A DNA stretch of 19,959 bases from contig JACRKZ010000100.1 of the NCBI GenBank assembly GCA_016235455.1, positions 1 to 19,959 on the forward strand, written 5' to 3'. Origin of the DNA: Armatimonadota bacterium. Lineage in GTDB: Bacteria > Armatimonadota > UBA10988. Positions 8,958 to 18,625 of the stretch are shown here, in pieces (the stretch's first letter is position 1; the number at the start of each line of letters is the position of its first letter). Below the pieces are notes generated by a model that was not told the DNA's origin, searched no databases, and saw only the letters and a program-made list of their open reading frames with translations. Position numbers and translations under genes: made by a program.

Positions 8958-8986
8958 TTGACCGGCGCGCCGCGATCTGCCATGCT
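8958..8986 (+). promoter_or_regulatory. Sigma70-type promoter of the LacI-family gene
   Basis: TTGACC-17 bp-CATGCT with an extended TGn, about 40 nt before the ATG. Confidence 0.55.
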
Positions 8987-9025
8987 AGCGCACCCAGAAG
9001 TCCTCGAAGTGGAAGGTCGAGGTAA

Positions 9026-10015
9026 ATGCGCATCACAATTAAGGACATCGCCCAGCAAACAGGGCTCTCGTACTCTACTGTCTCGCGTGCATTGCACGAC
9101 GAGGACAGTCCCTACGTGTCGCATAAGACGCGCGTGCTGGTGCGGCACGTGGCGCGGCAGCTGGGCTACGTGCCCAATGCGGCGGCGCGCAGCCTGGTCA
9201 CGGGCCAGACCAACACCATCGCGCTGATGATGATCGACGCCTACGCGCCGTTCTATGCCGGCGTGCTGCGGCGGCTGACCAAGGCGGCCGAGGACCACGG
9301 CTTCACCGTGGCCATCGAGCGCTGGAGTTCGCCCGGCGCGCACGATGGTCCGCCCGACTTCCTGCGTTGGCCGGTGGCCGGGGCGCTGGCCTGGGATGCC
9401 ATGTACGTCTATGCGGACAAAATGCAGTTTCTGCGGCAGCATGGCCTGCCGGTGATCGAGATGGGTGCCATCGTAGGGCCGACCGGCGACCGCGTGGTGG
9501 CCGATCTGGCCGGCGGAACGTGCCTGGCAATCGAGCATTTGCTCGCTGGCGGTCGGCGCCGGGTGGGCATGATGGTCAACCAGGGCTCGGTGGACATGGA
9601 CGACCTGCGCGCCGTGGCCTACCGTGCGGTGATGGCCGAAGCCGGGCTGGAGCCGGAGTGGATCATACTGGCCCAGCAGACCCGAGCCAACGCGCGCGAA
9701 ACGATCGCCGCCTACGGTCGGGCGCACACGCTGCCCGAAGCGCTGTTCTGTGTCAACGACGATGTGGCCATCGGCGCCTTGCGCGGACTGCACGACATGG
9801 GCGTTCGGGTACCGGACGATGTAGCCCTCGTCGGCTGCGACGGCATCGAGGATACGCTGTACCACGCGCCATCCATCTCGACGTTGCTGCACCCGGTGGC
9901 GACCATGTGCGACCAGGGCTTGACCTTCCTGGCCAACCGCATTGCCAACCCTGAGCTGCCCGAGCAATACGCGCTGCTGCCCATGGAACTGGCGGCGCGC
10001 GAGTCCTCGGCCTAG
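9026..10015 (+). CDS. LacI family transcriptional regulator
   Basis: ITIKDIAQQTGLSYSTVSRAL HTH; hinge YVPNAAARSL; ALFCVNDDVAIGAL; VPDDVALVGCD; RES terminus. Confidence 0.96.
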   Translation: MRITIKDIAQQTGLSYSTVSRALHDEDSPYVSHKTRVLVRHVARQLGYVPNAAARSLVTGQTNTIALMMIDAYAPFYAGVLRRLTKAAEDHGFTVAIERWSSPGAHDGPPDFLRWPVAGALAWDAMYVYADKMQFLRQHGLPVIEMGAIVGPTGDRVVADLAGGTCLAIEHLLAGGRRRVGMMVNQGSVDMDDLRAVAYRAVMAEAGLEPEWIILAQQTRANARETIAAYGRAHTLPEALFCVNDDVAIGALRGLHDMGVRVPDDVALVGCDGIEDTLYHAPSISTLLHPVATMCDQGLTFLANRIANPELPEQYALLPMELAARESSA

Positions 10016-10041
10016 GCCGGCGCGTGAGATCGGCGCCGGGA

Positions 10042-10060
10042 GCGAGCGAACTCCGCTCGC
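10042..10060 (+). terminator. GC hairpin after the LacI gene (no U-tract)
   Basis: GCGAGCG-AACTC-CGCTCGC, a perfect 7-bp stem. Confidence 0.35.
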
Positions 10061-10064
10061 CACG

Positions 10065-10093
10065 TTGACACGCGGCACGCAACGTGGCACGAT
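10065..10093 (+). promoter_or_regulatory. Sigma70-type promoter of the Gly-rich gene, overlapped by a 9-bp inverted repeat
   Basis: Perfect TTGACA-17 bp-CACGAT with TGn; GCCACGTTG-N12-CAACGTGGC spans 10059-10088. Confidence 0.6.
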
Positions 10094-10247
10094 TGCGGCG
10101 CGCGACGGCCATCGATGGCTCGTGCCGTCGTGGCTGTGGTCGTCTGTCGGTAACCGGGCTCGGTATGGGACTGTCTAAGCTCCAGCCGACCGCCGGCGTC
10201 CGAGGCATCAATGCCGACTCGCGGCGAGTGCGGGGGTAGGTAGGCGT

Positions 10248-12848
10248 ATGAAGCGACAGCAAGCGCTATTGGTGGCGGCGGCCTTGATGCTGCCGACGGT
10301 GCTCTGGGCTCAGCCCGAGAACCCGAATCCACGCCGGTATCCCTTTTTCGAGCGCCAGTTGGCGGGTGTTCGGCTAGGTCAGCATGCGCAGAGCATCACT
10401 GGCCTGTGGGACATGCGCGTCGACAGCCTCGCACCCGAGGAGCGCAGGTGGAACAAAGCCACCTACGCCATGCCTGACCACATCGTCATGCGCTTGGGCA
10501 CCAAGCCGCCCGTGCTCCGTGGTACGACGGCCATCCCCGACGGCACGATGAACTGGCTGTATGGCCCCAATGGTCGCGACACACAGGTCATTTTGACGGA
10601 CCTGGTCGGTGGTGGCGGTGCCGCCGGTGGCGCCGGCGGCGGGTCCGGCGGTGCCGGCGCGTTGGGCACGGCTCAAGGCATGGGCTCGGCGCTGGCGCAA
10701 GGGCCTGAGTTGAGCACGCCCGAGCTGACCGAGCGGCTGCGCGGCTTCATGGCGCGCGCCATGGGCGACGAGCGCGCCGCGCAGGTCAATCTGCACCTGG
10801 CCCAAGCCCAGGAGTCGCTGGGCGGGCTGTCCGCCGGCATGGCCGGATCGGCCACGTTGGCTGGTGGCGGCAGCGGCATCGGCCGACCGCCGAGCGCGAT
10901 TGCCGGAGCGGCGACCGGAGGGGCCGCGGCGGCGGGTGGCGGACTCATGGCCGCGGCCGGCGAGAACCCGGTGGACGTGGCCGGCGCGCTGATCGGCGGC
11001 GCCGCGGGCGGCGCGGTCACCGAGATCAGCCAGAACGTGGTGCAGCGCTTCCAGAACGACATCGGTCACCTGTTCCACGCCCCCAAGCAGCAGATCGCCG
11101 AGTTCGAGCGCAAGCTGTATGCCACCGACCAGCAGATGTATGAGAAGCTGGCCGTGGCCCGCGCCGAAGGCCGCGACCGCGACGCCGTGCGGCTGCAGGC
11201 CGAGGTGCGCTGGCTGGACGCCGAGCTGCAGATCCTGGACTGGCTGCTGCTTTCGTCGCCCGACTACTACCAGGTGTTCCACGTCGGTCAGCCCAACCGT
11301 GACATCGTCTTCTGCTACAACCCGGCGCCCGGCATCTGGGTGTCGTTCACCATCAACTTCTACACCTGGCAGATCAACGGCATCACCGTGGCGGGCAACA
11401 GCCCGTGGGACGGCGCGCAGACCTCTTCGGCCGGCAATTCGCGCGGCATCCGCCTGGGCGACAGCCTGGAGCAGGTGCTGACGCGCTACGGCTGGCCCAA
11501 CGGCTGGGAATCGTACATGGGCCGCTACCTGCTGGTCCACTACTACGAGGACAACAACGTCGGCTTCCTGATCGACCATCCCTCGCCCAAGGTCTACCGC
11601 GTCAACCGCATCATCATCCAGCCGCGCCCGCAAGGCACCGAGCGCCAGTTGGCCGGCTTCCGCATGGGCCAGAACGCCCAGGACCTGCTGGTCGACCATG
11701 CCAACCGCGGCTACGGCCCGGTGGCCTATGGCGAGCCGTACGTCGTGGAACGGCCCCTGCAGCGCCTGACGCGCATCAACCCCGGCACCGAGCCGGCCCC
11801 TGAGAACAGGCCTCCGGGCATCCTGCTCGATCGCCGCCTGGGGCCGCTGATCGACACGCTGGCGGGCTCTGGCGGCGCTGGTGGCGCTGGCGGCGGCCCG
11901 GGTGGCGGCTCCGGCGGTGCGCCCGGCGGACCTGGCGGCGGCAGTGGTGGCCCTCCGGGCGGCGCGCCGCGGGCCATGGGCCAGGCGCAGGCGCAAGGTG
12001 CGACCGCTCAAAGCGCGACCGACCCGCTGGGCCGGCCGACCGCGCAGGCGCAAGGCTCTGGCGGCGGACCGGGCGGCGGTGGTGCTGGCGGTGGCGGCCA
12101 GAGCGGCGGCCCCTTGGTTCCGCCGCGCGTGCCGGTCGTGCTGTACCGCTTCCCGATGCCGTTCTTCTACCACTTCGACACGTACAACAACGAGATCGCC
12201 TGCGCCCGCTCCAAGGCCGAGCAGAGCATCTATGGTCTGGCCGAGTCTGGTGGCGGCGGCGGCGCTGGTGGTGGCGGCGGCGGCGGCGCACCGGGCGGTT
12301 CCGGCGGTGGGTCCGGCGGTGGCGGTGGTGGTGGCGCGGGTGCCGGCGGCGGCTCGAGCGACCCGAGCCTGGCGCCGCGCATCCTGCTGGCGCAGTTGCT
12401 CAACTGGGTCTACATCGACCCGACCGGGCAGACCGGCTTCAGCATCGCCTTCGGTTGCCGGCAGTCGCCGGGCGAGTGCGCCGTCACGGCGTGCGTCAAC
12501 GAGACGCAGTTCCGCTGGGACTACCGCTTCAACCCCGACGTTCGCGCTGAGTTCGGCATCGACTCCGACGGCTTCTGCACGCAGATCGGCGTGCTGGGCA
12601 CGGCCTGGTCGGGTGCGCGCACCGAGCGCGGCGCCGCGCTGGGCACGACCTTCAGCGATGTGCTGCTGCGCTACGGTCCGCCGCTGCTCTACGCCCCGTT
12701 CACTCAGGACCAGGCCGAGCAGGACCCGAACATCATGCTTATGTCGTACGCTCGCGACGAGATCGGCACGCCGTACGGCAACCTGAACCTGACGCTCCAG
12801 AACCAGCGCATCACCGCGATGCAGATCCTGGCCCTGAGCGTCCGCTAG
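10248..12848 (+). CDS. Secreted hypothetical protein with two-fold internal repeat and Gly-rich insertions
   Basis: 866-aa ORF with strong GC3 bias and signal peptide MKRQQALLVAAALMLPTVLWA; duplicated motifs ERQLAGxRxGQxAQ and WxGAxT..RGxxLGxxxxxVLxRYGxP. Confidence 0.85.
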   Translation: MKRQQALLVAAALMLPTVLWAQPENPNPRRYPFFERQLAGVRLGQHAQSITGLWDMRVDSLAPEERRWNKATYAMPDHIVMRLGTKPPVLRGTTAIPDGTMNWLYGPNGRDTQVILTDLVGGGGAAGGAGGGSGGAGALGTAQGMGSALAQGPELSTPELTERLRGFMARAMGDERAAQVNLHLAQAQESLGGLSAGMAGSATLAGGGSGIGRPPSAIAGAATGGAAAAGGGLMAAAGENPVDVAGALIGGAAGGAVTEISQNVVQRFQNDIGHLFHAPKQQIAEFERKLYATDQQMYEKLAVARAEGRDRDAVRLQAEVRWLDAELQILDWLLLSSPDYYQVFHVGQPNRDIVFCYNPAPGIWVSFTINFYTWQINGITVAGNSPWDGAQTSSAGNSRGIRLGDSLEQVLTRYGWPNGWESYMGRYLLVHYYEDNNVGFLIDHPSPKVYRVNRIIIQPRPQGTERQLAGFRMGQNAQDLLVDHANRGYGPVAYGEPYVVERPLQRLTRINPGTEPAPENRPPGILLDRRLGPLIDTLAGSGGAGGAGGGPGGGSGGAPGGPGGGSGGPPGGAPRAMGQAQAQGATAQSATDPLGRPTAQAQGSGGGPGGGGAGGGGQSGGPLVPPRVPVVLYRFPMPFFYHFDTYNNEIACARSKAEQSIYGLAESGGGGGAGGGGGGGAPGGSGGGSGGGGGGGAGAGGGSSDPSLAPRILLAQLLNWVYIDPTGQTGFSIAFGCRQSPGECAVTACVNETQFRWDYRFNPDVRAEFGIDSDGFCTQIGVLGTAWSGARTERGAALGTTFSDVLLRYGPPLLYAPFTQDQAEQDPNIMLMSYARDEIGTPYGNLNLTLQNQRITAMQILALSVR
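12248..12352 (+). repeat. (GGC/GGT)n low-complexity poly-Gly tract (others near 10608-10660, 11863-11963 and 12054-12110)
   Basis: Encodes GGGGGAGGGGGGGAPGGSGGGSGGGGGGGAGAGGG. Confidence 0.8.
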
Positions 12849-12880
12849 ACACCAAGATAGGCCGCGGCCAAGGCCGCGGT

Positions 12881-12940
12881 GGAGCAGCAGCCCCCGGCGG
12901 CGCGACTACGGTCGCCAATGCCGCTGGGGCTGTTTGCTTC
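12881..12940 (+). terminator. Long hairpin with cUACGg tetraloop, probable terminator or transcript stabiliser
   Basis: GGAGCAGCAGCCCC-CGGCGGC-GCGAC-TACG-GTCGC-CAAT-GCCGCTG-GGGCTGTTTGCTTC; preceded by CCGCGGCC-AA-GGCCGCGG (12862-12879). Confidence 0.6.
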
Positions 12941-12974
12941 AAGGGCCAATCGGCCCAGCCGAGGTAGCCACTCC

Positions 12975-14780
12975 GTGGCGTTGACACCCGTAGACCGCGA
13001 TTCGCTGCGTGAGCGTCTGGATGTTCTGGACGTGCTGGGTGGCTATATGCGGCTGCAGCGCGCCGGCAACGAGTGGCGCGGCTTGTGTCCGTTCCACGAC
13101 GAGAAGACGCCGTCGTTCTACGTGAACCCGGCCAAAGGCCTGTGGATCTGCCGCGGCCAGTGCGGCACCGGCGGCGATGTCTTCGACTTCGTCATGCGCG
13201 CCGAGCGCCTGGACTTCCGCGACGCGGCCGAGTTCCTGGCCAACCGTATCGGCTGCACCATGGTCGTCAACCAGGGCGAGGCGCGCCGCAGCGAGGAGCG
13301 CGAGCGCATCTTCGACATCAACGGCCTGGCCACGCGCCTCTATGAGCGCGCGCTGTGGCAGACCGACACGGGCCGCGTGGCCCGCGAGTACCTGCTGCGG
13401 CGCGGGCTCACCGAAGAGACCATCCGCCACTTCCGGCTGGGCTATGCGCCGGACGGCTGGGACCATCTGGCGCGGCACCTGGAGCGGCAGAACCTGTCCT
13501 TGGCCGACGCCGAGCTGGCTGGACTGGTGCGCAGTCGCGAGCGCTCGGGCGGGCATTATGACCGCTTTCGGCACCGCATCATGTTCCCCATTCTGGACAG
13601 CCAGGACCGCACGCTGGGCTTTGGCGGCCGCGTGCTGCGCCACGATGATGAGCCCAAATACCTGAACACGACCGAAACGCCGGTCTTCCACAAAGGCACG
13701 GTCCTGTACGGGTTGCCGTTTGCCGTGGGCTCGTTGGCCGACGGGGCCATTGTGGTAGAAGGGTACATGGACGTCATCGCGCTGCACCAGCATGGCATCA
13801 ACGCAGCCATGGCCACGCTGGGCACAGCGCTCACCTCCGACCATTTACGGCTGTTGCGGCGGCACACCGAGCGCGTCATCCTATGCTACGACGCCGACAC
13901 CGCCGGCCAACGTGCCACGGACCGCGCGGCGGTGCTGTTCATCGAGGAGGGCATCGAAGGCCGAGTGCTGACGCTGCCGCCTGGACAGGATCCGGACGAG
14001 TTTGTGGGCGAGCAGGGCCGCGATGCGTTCTATGAGCGACTGCGCACCGCGCCCGACCTCATCACGCACCGGCTGCTGACCGCGCTGGACGCGGCGGGCG
14101 ACGATCCGTTGTCGCGCGCGGGCGCCATTCAGGAGGCGGTCATCCCGATCCTGGCGGACATCCGCGAGCCGCTGCGCCAGACGTTCACCCTGCGGCAGGT
14201 GGTGGACTGGTGGTCCAGCCAGTCGGTCGGCTTGGCGGAAGAGTTCGAGCGGTCGCTGGTGCAGGCGGTGCGCGGCTATCGGCGGCAGGCGGCGCGGCGC
14301 GGGTCACGGCGAGATGCGCCGCGCGAGCCGGTGGCCGAGCAGCGCTGGCTGCCGCGCGAACAGCAGGTCGAGCGCGAGGTGCTGGCGGCCATGCTGAGCC
14401 ATGCCAACCTGCTGGCGGTCGCCCGCGAGCAACTGGGCGAGCCGCTGTTTGGCGACGCGCCGTGCCGGGCGCTGTTCGCGGCGATCATGGCGCACGGTGC
14501 GGATCCGACGCGCCTGGCCGGCGCGCTGGATGAGACAGGACGAGCCTTGCTGGCCGATCTGAGCTGTCGGCCGCCGGGAGAGGAGTCGGAGATTGCCAAG
14601 ACCTTCGACCGCCAGGTGCTCGAATTGCGGGCCAATGCGTTGCAGACCCAGGCCGAGGCCTTGCGGCGTGAACGGGCCCGCGTGGCGAATGACGATTTCG
14701 AGGCTCAGACAGAGCTACTGAAGCGTATCCATGTGTTGGAGCGTGAACTGGATGAAGCACGGCGACGTCTGCTGGGGTAG
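12975..14780 (+). CDS. dnaG: DNA primase
   Basis: Zn-binding CPFHDEKTPSF..CRGQC; YDRFRHRIMFPI; GFGGR; PKYLNT; TOPRIM VEGYMD, YDADTAG and DPD; GAGGT RBS favours GTG 12975. Confidence 0.97.
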   Translation: MALTPVDRDSLRERLDVLDVLGGYMRLQRAGNEWRGLCPFHDEKTPSFYVNPAKGLWICRGQCGTGGDVFDFVMRAERLDFRDAAEFLANRIGCTMVVNQGEARRSEERERIFDINGLATRLYERALWQTDTGRVAREYLLRRGLTEETIRHFRLGYAPDGWDHLARHLERQNLSLADAELAGLVRSRERSGGHYDRFRHRIMFPILDSQDRTLGFGGRVLRHDDEPKYLNTTETPVFHKGTVLYGLPFAVGSLADGAIVVEGYMDVIALHQHGINAAMATLGTALTSDHLRLLRRHTERVILCYDADTAGQRATDRAAVLFIEEGIEGRVLTLPPGQDPDEFVGEQGRDAFYERLRTAPDLITHRLLTALDAAGDDPLSRAGAIQEAVIPILADIREPLRQTFTLRQVVDWWSSQSVGLAEEFERSLVQAVRGYRRQAARRGSRRDAPREPVAEQRWLPREQQVEREVLAAMLSHANLLAVAREQLGEPLFGDAPCRALFAAIMAHGADPTRLAGALDETGRALLADLSCRPPGEESEIAKTFDRQVLELRANALQTQAEALRRERARVANDDFEAQTELLKRIHVLERELDEARRRLLG

Positions 14781-14869
14781 ACGGGGCGTCGTGAGCCGGG
14801 CCGGATGAGAATCGAGCGTGTCACCCACGCTTGGTGCACAATGTTGGAATGGCGCGGCGGAAAGAGGCG

Positions 14870-16005
<1,136 letters not shown>

Positions 16006-16006
<1 letters not shown>

Positions 16007-16566
16007 TGGCCGCCGCAGCGGTGCGGGCCGCCGCACTGGTGTTCATCTGTCTGCTCCTGGCCTCGTGTGGGGTCAGGCACGACGACGTGGCTGACCCGAG
16101 GACCGCCCCCCAGGCCGCCGCGGGCAAGGCCCAGGCGCCCGCGACGACGCTGACCGAGCGTGAAGCCGCGAACGCGGTGCAGGTGAAGCCGCGCAAGACG
16201 CCCGAGAAGCTGCCGCCGCCGCCCACCGCGGCGCCGACTCGTCAGGCCGAGGCCCAGGATGTCGAACTGCCGCTCTATCCGGGCGCGCAGGTGCAGCGCA
16301 GCGAGGCCACACGCGCGCAGCGGCAATCGGCGCTGGTCTACCTGTCCACGGCCGACTCGGTGGAGACGGTCTACGGCTGGTACAAGAAGCAACTGGCCGG
16401 CGCGAAACTCAGGGACGACCAGTTGGTCAACAACCCTCAAAGCCCTAGTGCCACGCTTACGCAAGAGCTACCCGACGGTCTGCGCCAGGTGTCCATCACC
16501 CGGCAAGGACAGCAGACCATGGTGCTCCTGACGCGGCTGCGGATGGCGGGTGTGATCAAACGATGA
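16006..16566 (+). CDS. Hypothetical lipoprotein (paralog 1)
   Basis: Lipobox LLASC; Pro/Ala linker; LPLYPGA..STADSVETVYGWYKKQL; start overlaps the rpoD stop (TGATG). Confidence 0.8.
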
Positions 16567-17048
16567 GAGCGGTGCGACGAGGATGGATGGTGGCGAGCCT
16601 GCTGCTGGCCGCGCTGTGCGTCGGCGGCTGCAACAAGGCCAAGCCCGAACCCAAGGCGAAGCTGCCGGCCTACGCCGTGCACACCAGCGTGAGCTCGGCG
16701 GACCTGGGCGTGCCCTTCTATCCGGACGGGCAGAAGGTGCTCGGCGCTGGCCGCAGCAGCATCAAGGACGGCAGCGGCAGCCTCAGCGCCGTGCTGGACA
16801 CGGCCGACTCGGTTGAGACGGTCTACCAATGGTACCGGCATCAGTTGGGCACGCCCCTGCATACCGACTTTCTCAACGCGGACGGAACCGAGCCCCAGGC
16901 CAAACTGGTCAAAGCGGATGGTGCCAGCCGCGTGGAGGTGGCCATCGTGCAGATGGCCGGCCGCACGCGCATCATCATGACGCGGACGCAAGCGCCGCGA
17001 CCCAAGCCCGAAACCACGGGCGACGCCAAGGACAAGAAGGGAAGCTGA
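16563..17048 (+). CDS. Hypothetical lipoprotein (paralog 2)
   Basis: Hydrophobic signal ending VGGC; VPFYPDG..DTADSVETVYQWYRHQL; ATGA overlap with paralog 1. Confidence 0.8.
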   Translation: MRAVRRGWMVASLLLAALCVGGCNKAKPEPKAKLPAYAVHTSVSSADLGVPFYPDGQKVLGAGRSSIKDGSGSLSAVLDTADSVETVYQWYRHQLGTPLHTDFLNADGTEPQAKLVKADGASRVEVAIVQMAGRTRIIMTRTQAPRPKPETTGDAKDKKGS

Positions 17049-17050
17049 CC

Positions 17051-17317
17051 ATGAGCCAGGCCGAATTGCACGATACCCTCAAGCAGTTGATCGTCGAGCG
17101 GCTGTTCCTCGACCGCAAGGGCATCGCCGCGGGTGACCTGGCCACGGAAGCCGACCTCATGGAGGCCTACGACATCGACTCGGTGGAGCTGTTCGAGATC
17201 GTCGTGGCGCTCGATGAGGAGTACGGCGTGCAGGTGCCCGAGGAAGACTTCAGCATCGAGCTCTACCGCAGCGTGGCCAAGCTGGCCGGGCTGGTCGAGA
17301 AGTACGGCAGCGCATAG
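17051..17317 (+). CDS. Stand-alone acyl carrier protein
   Basis: 88-aa acidic protein MSQAELHDTLKQLIVERL..YDIDSVELFEIVVALDEEYGVQVPEED..RSVAKLA, with a DSV phosphopantetheine site. The ORF-track start at 16829 is an over-extension. Confidence 0.9.
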   Translation: MSQAELHDTLKQLIVERLFLDRKGIAAGDLATEADLMEAYDIDSVELFEIVVALDEEYGVQVPEEDFSIELYRSVAKLAGLVEKYGSA

Positions 17318-17331
17318 CTCGCCGCCCGCCG

Positions 17332-18462
17332 ATGCCCACGCCGTCAACGGTCGCGTTCGTCAATCACGTCGGGTTGGTCAGCGGCGCCGAGCAGAGCCTG
17401 CTCATCGTCCTGGCCAACCTGGACCGAACGCGGTACCGGCCCGTCCTCATCTGCCCCGCTGGGCCGTTGGCTGAACGTGCCCGCGCACTGGGCGTTGAAG
17501 TGCGCGCGTGGTGCGGCACGCGCTTGCGCCGCCGGCTGTCCGCGGTGCCGCGGCTGCTGCGCGCCGCGCTGTTGCTGCGGCCGCTGCTGGCCGACGCTGA
17601 CCTGATCCACGCCAACAGCCTGGCCGCCGCGCTGGCGGCTGAGCCGTGGCGAGGCCGCCGGCCGCTGCTGTGGCATGTGCGCGACCTGCGGATGGCTGAT
17701 GGGCCCGCGAGAGCCATGGCCCGGCGCGCCGACGCCTGCCTGGCCATCTCCGTCGCCGTCGCCGAGCGGCTGGCCGCGCTCGGCGCGCCGCCCGAGCGCG
17801 TGCATCTGCTGCCCAATGCCCTCGACGCCGCGGACTTCCAGCCGACGCGGACGCGCGCTGTCGTGCGCTCCGAGCTGGGCCTCGGCGACCAGACGCTGGT
17901 GGCCATCGTGGTCGGCCAGTTGGTGCCCTGGAAGGGGCACGACGACCTCCTGGCGGCGTGGGCCCTGGCGCTCCCGAGGTTGGGTGACGGGCATCTGCTG
18001 GTGGTGGGCGCCGACCTGTTTGGCGAGCACGCCGGGTATGTTGCTCAACTGCGCCAGCGCGCCGCACAGCCTGACCTGGCCGGCACGGTGAGCTGGCTGG
18101 GTGCGCGGCAGGATGTTGCCGACCTCATGGCCGCCTCCGACGTGCTGGCGCTGCCGTCACATGGCGAGCCGTTTGGCCGGGTGCTGCTGGAGGCTGCGGC
18201 CGTGGGCCTGCCGGTCGTGGCCACCGTGCCCGGCGGGCCTGCCGATGTGGTCGAGCCGGGCCGCACGGGGCTACTCGTCCCGGCGGGCGATGTGACGGCG
18301 CTGGCGGAGGCGCTGGCCGAACTGCTGGCGATGCCGGAGCGCCAACGACAAGCCATGGGCGTCGCGGCGCGGGCGCGGCTCGAACGTCACTTCACAGCAT
18401 GTTCGCAGGGCGAGCGCCTGATCGCGGTATATGGTAGACTCGAATCAGGAGCGTCGCCATGA
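17332..18462 (+). CDS. Glycosyltransferase family 4 (GT-B)
   Basis: SGAEQSL; HANS; WHVRD; VGQLVPWKG; PSHGEPFGRVLLEA (EX7E); TGLLVPAGD. Confidence 0.93.
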   Translation: MPTPSTVAFVNHVGLVSGAEQSLLIVLANLDRTRYRPVLICPAGPLAERARALGVEVRAWCGTRLRRRLSAVPRLLRAALLLRPLLADADLIHANSLAAALAAEPWRGRRPLLWHVRDLRMADGPARAMARRADACLAISVAVAERLAALGAPPERVHLLPNALDAADFQPTRTRAVVRSELGLGDQTLVAIVVGQLVPWKGHDDLLAAWALALPRLGDGHLLVVGADLFGEHAGYVAQLRQRAAQPDLAGTVSWLGARQDVADLMAASDVLALPSHGEPFGRVLLEAAAVGLPVVATVPGGPADVVEPGRTGLLVPAGDVTALAEALAELLAMPERQRQAMGVAARARLERHFTACSQGERLIAVYGRLESGASP

Positions 18463-18620
18463 CCCGGACAGTTGCCATTCCGCCCACGCGCCGCGCGGCG
18501 CCGCGGCGCGGATTCTCGCGCGCCAACGTGGCCGGCGCCGTGGGCACATTGGGGTTTGTCGCGCTGGTGGCGCTGTATCTGGTGAGCTTGCTCTGGCCAG
18601 CGATCCTGGGTAAGGTGTGA
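18459..18620 (+). CDS. Small 53-aa single-pass membrane protein (not in ORF track)
   Basis: MTRTVAIPPTRRAAPRRGFSRANVAGAVGTLGFVALVALYLVSLLWPAILGKV*; AGGAG RBS; ATGA overlap with the GT4 stop; fills the gap to the next gene. Confidence 0.7.
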   Translation: MTRTVAIPPTRRAAPRRGFSRANVAGAVGTLGFVALVALYLVSLLWPAILGKV

Positions 18621-18625
18621 ACGCG

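Noticed and set aside
10145-10220. Faint resemblance to a c-di-GMP-I riboswitch (GGGAC..AAGCTCC)
   Set aside because: The GGCAAAC and GNRA tetraloop core elements are missing.
10374-12173. 599-aa minus-strand ORF
   Set aside because: Shadow of the Gly-rich gene, which has the signal peptide, promoter and codon bias.
11863-12352. Gly repeats as collagen-like, RTX or PE-PGRS sequence, or a CRISPR-like array
   Set aside because: No sustained G-X-Y register, no GGXGXD nonapeptides, no PE domain and no repeat-spacer periodicity.
14837-14851. Possible -10 box CACAAT 6 nt before ATG 14849 (leaderless rpoD start)
   Set aside because: No credible -35 or extended -10; cannot be supported without TSS data.
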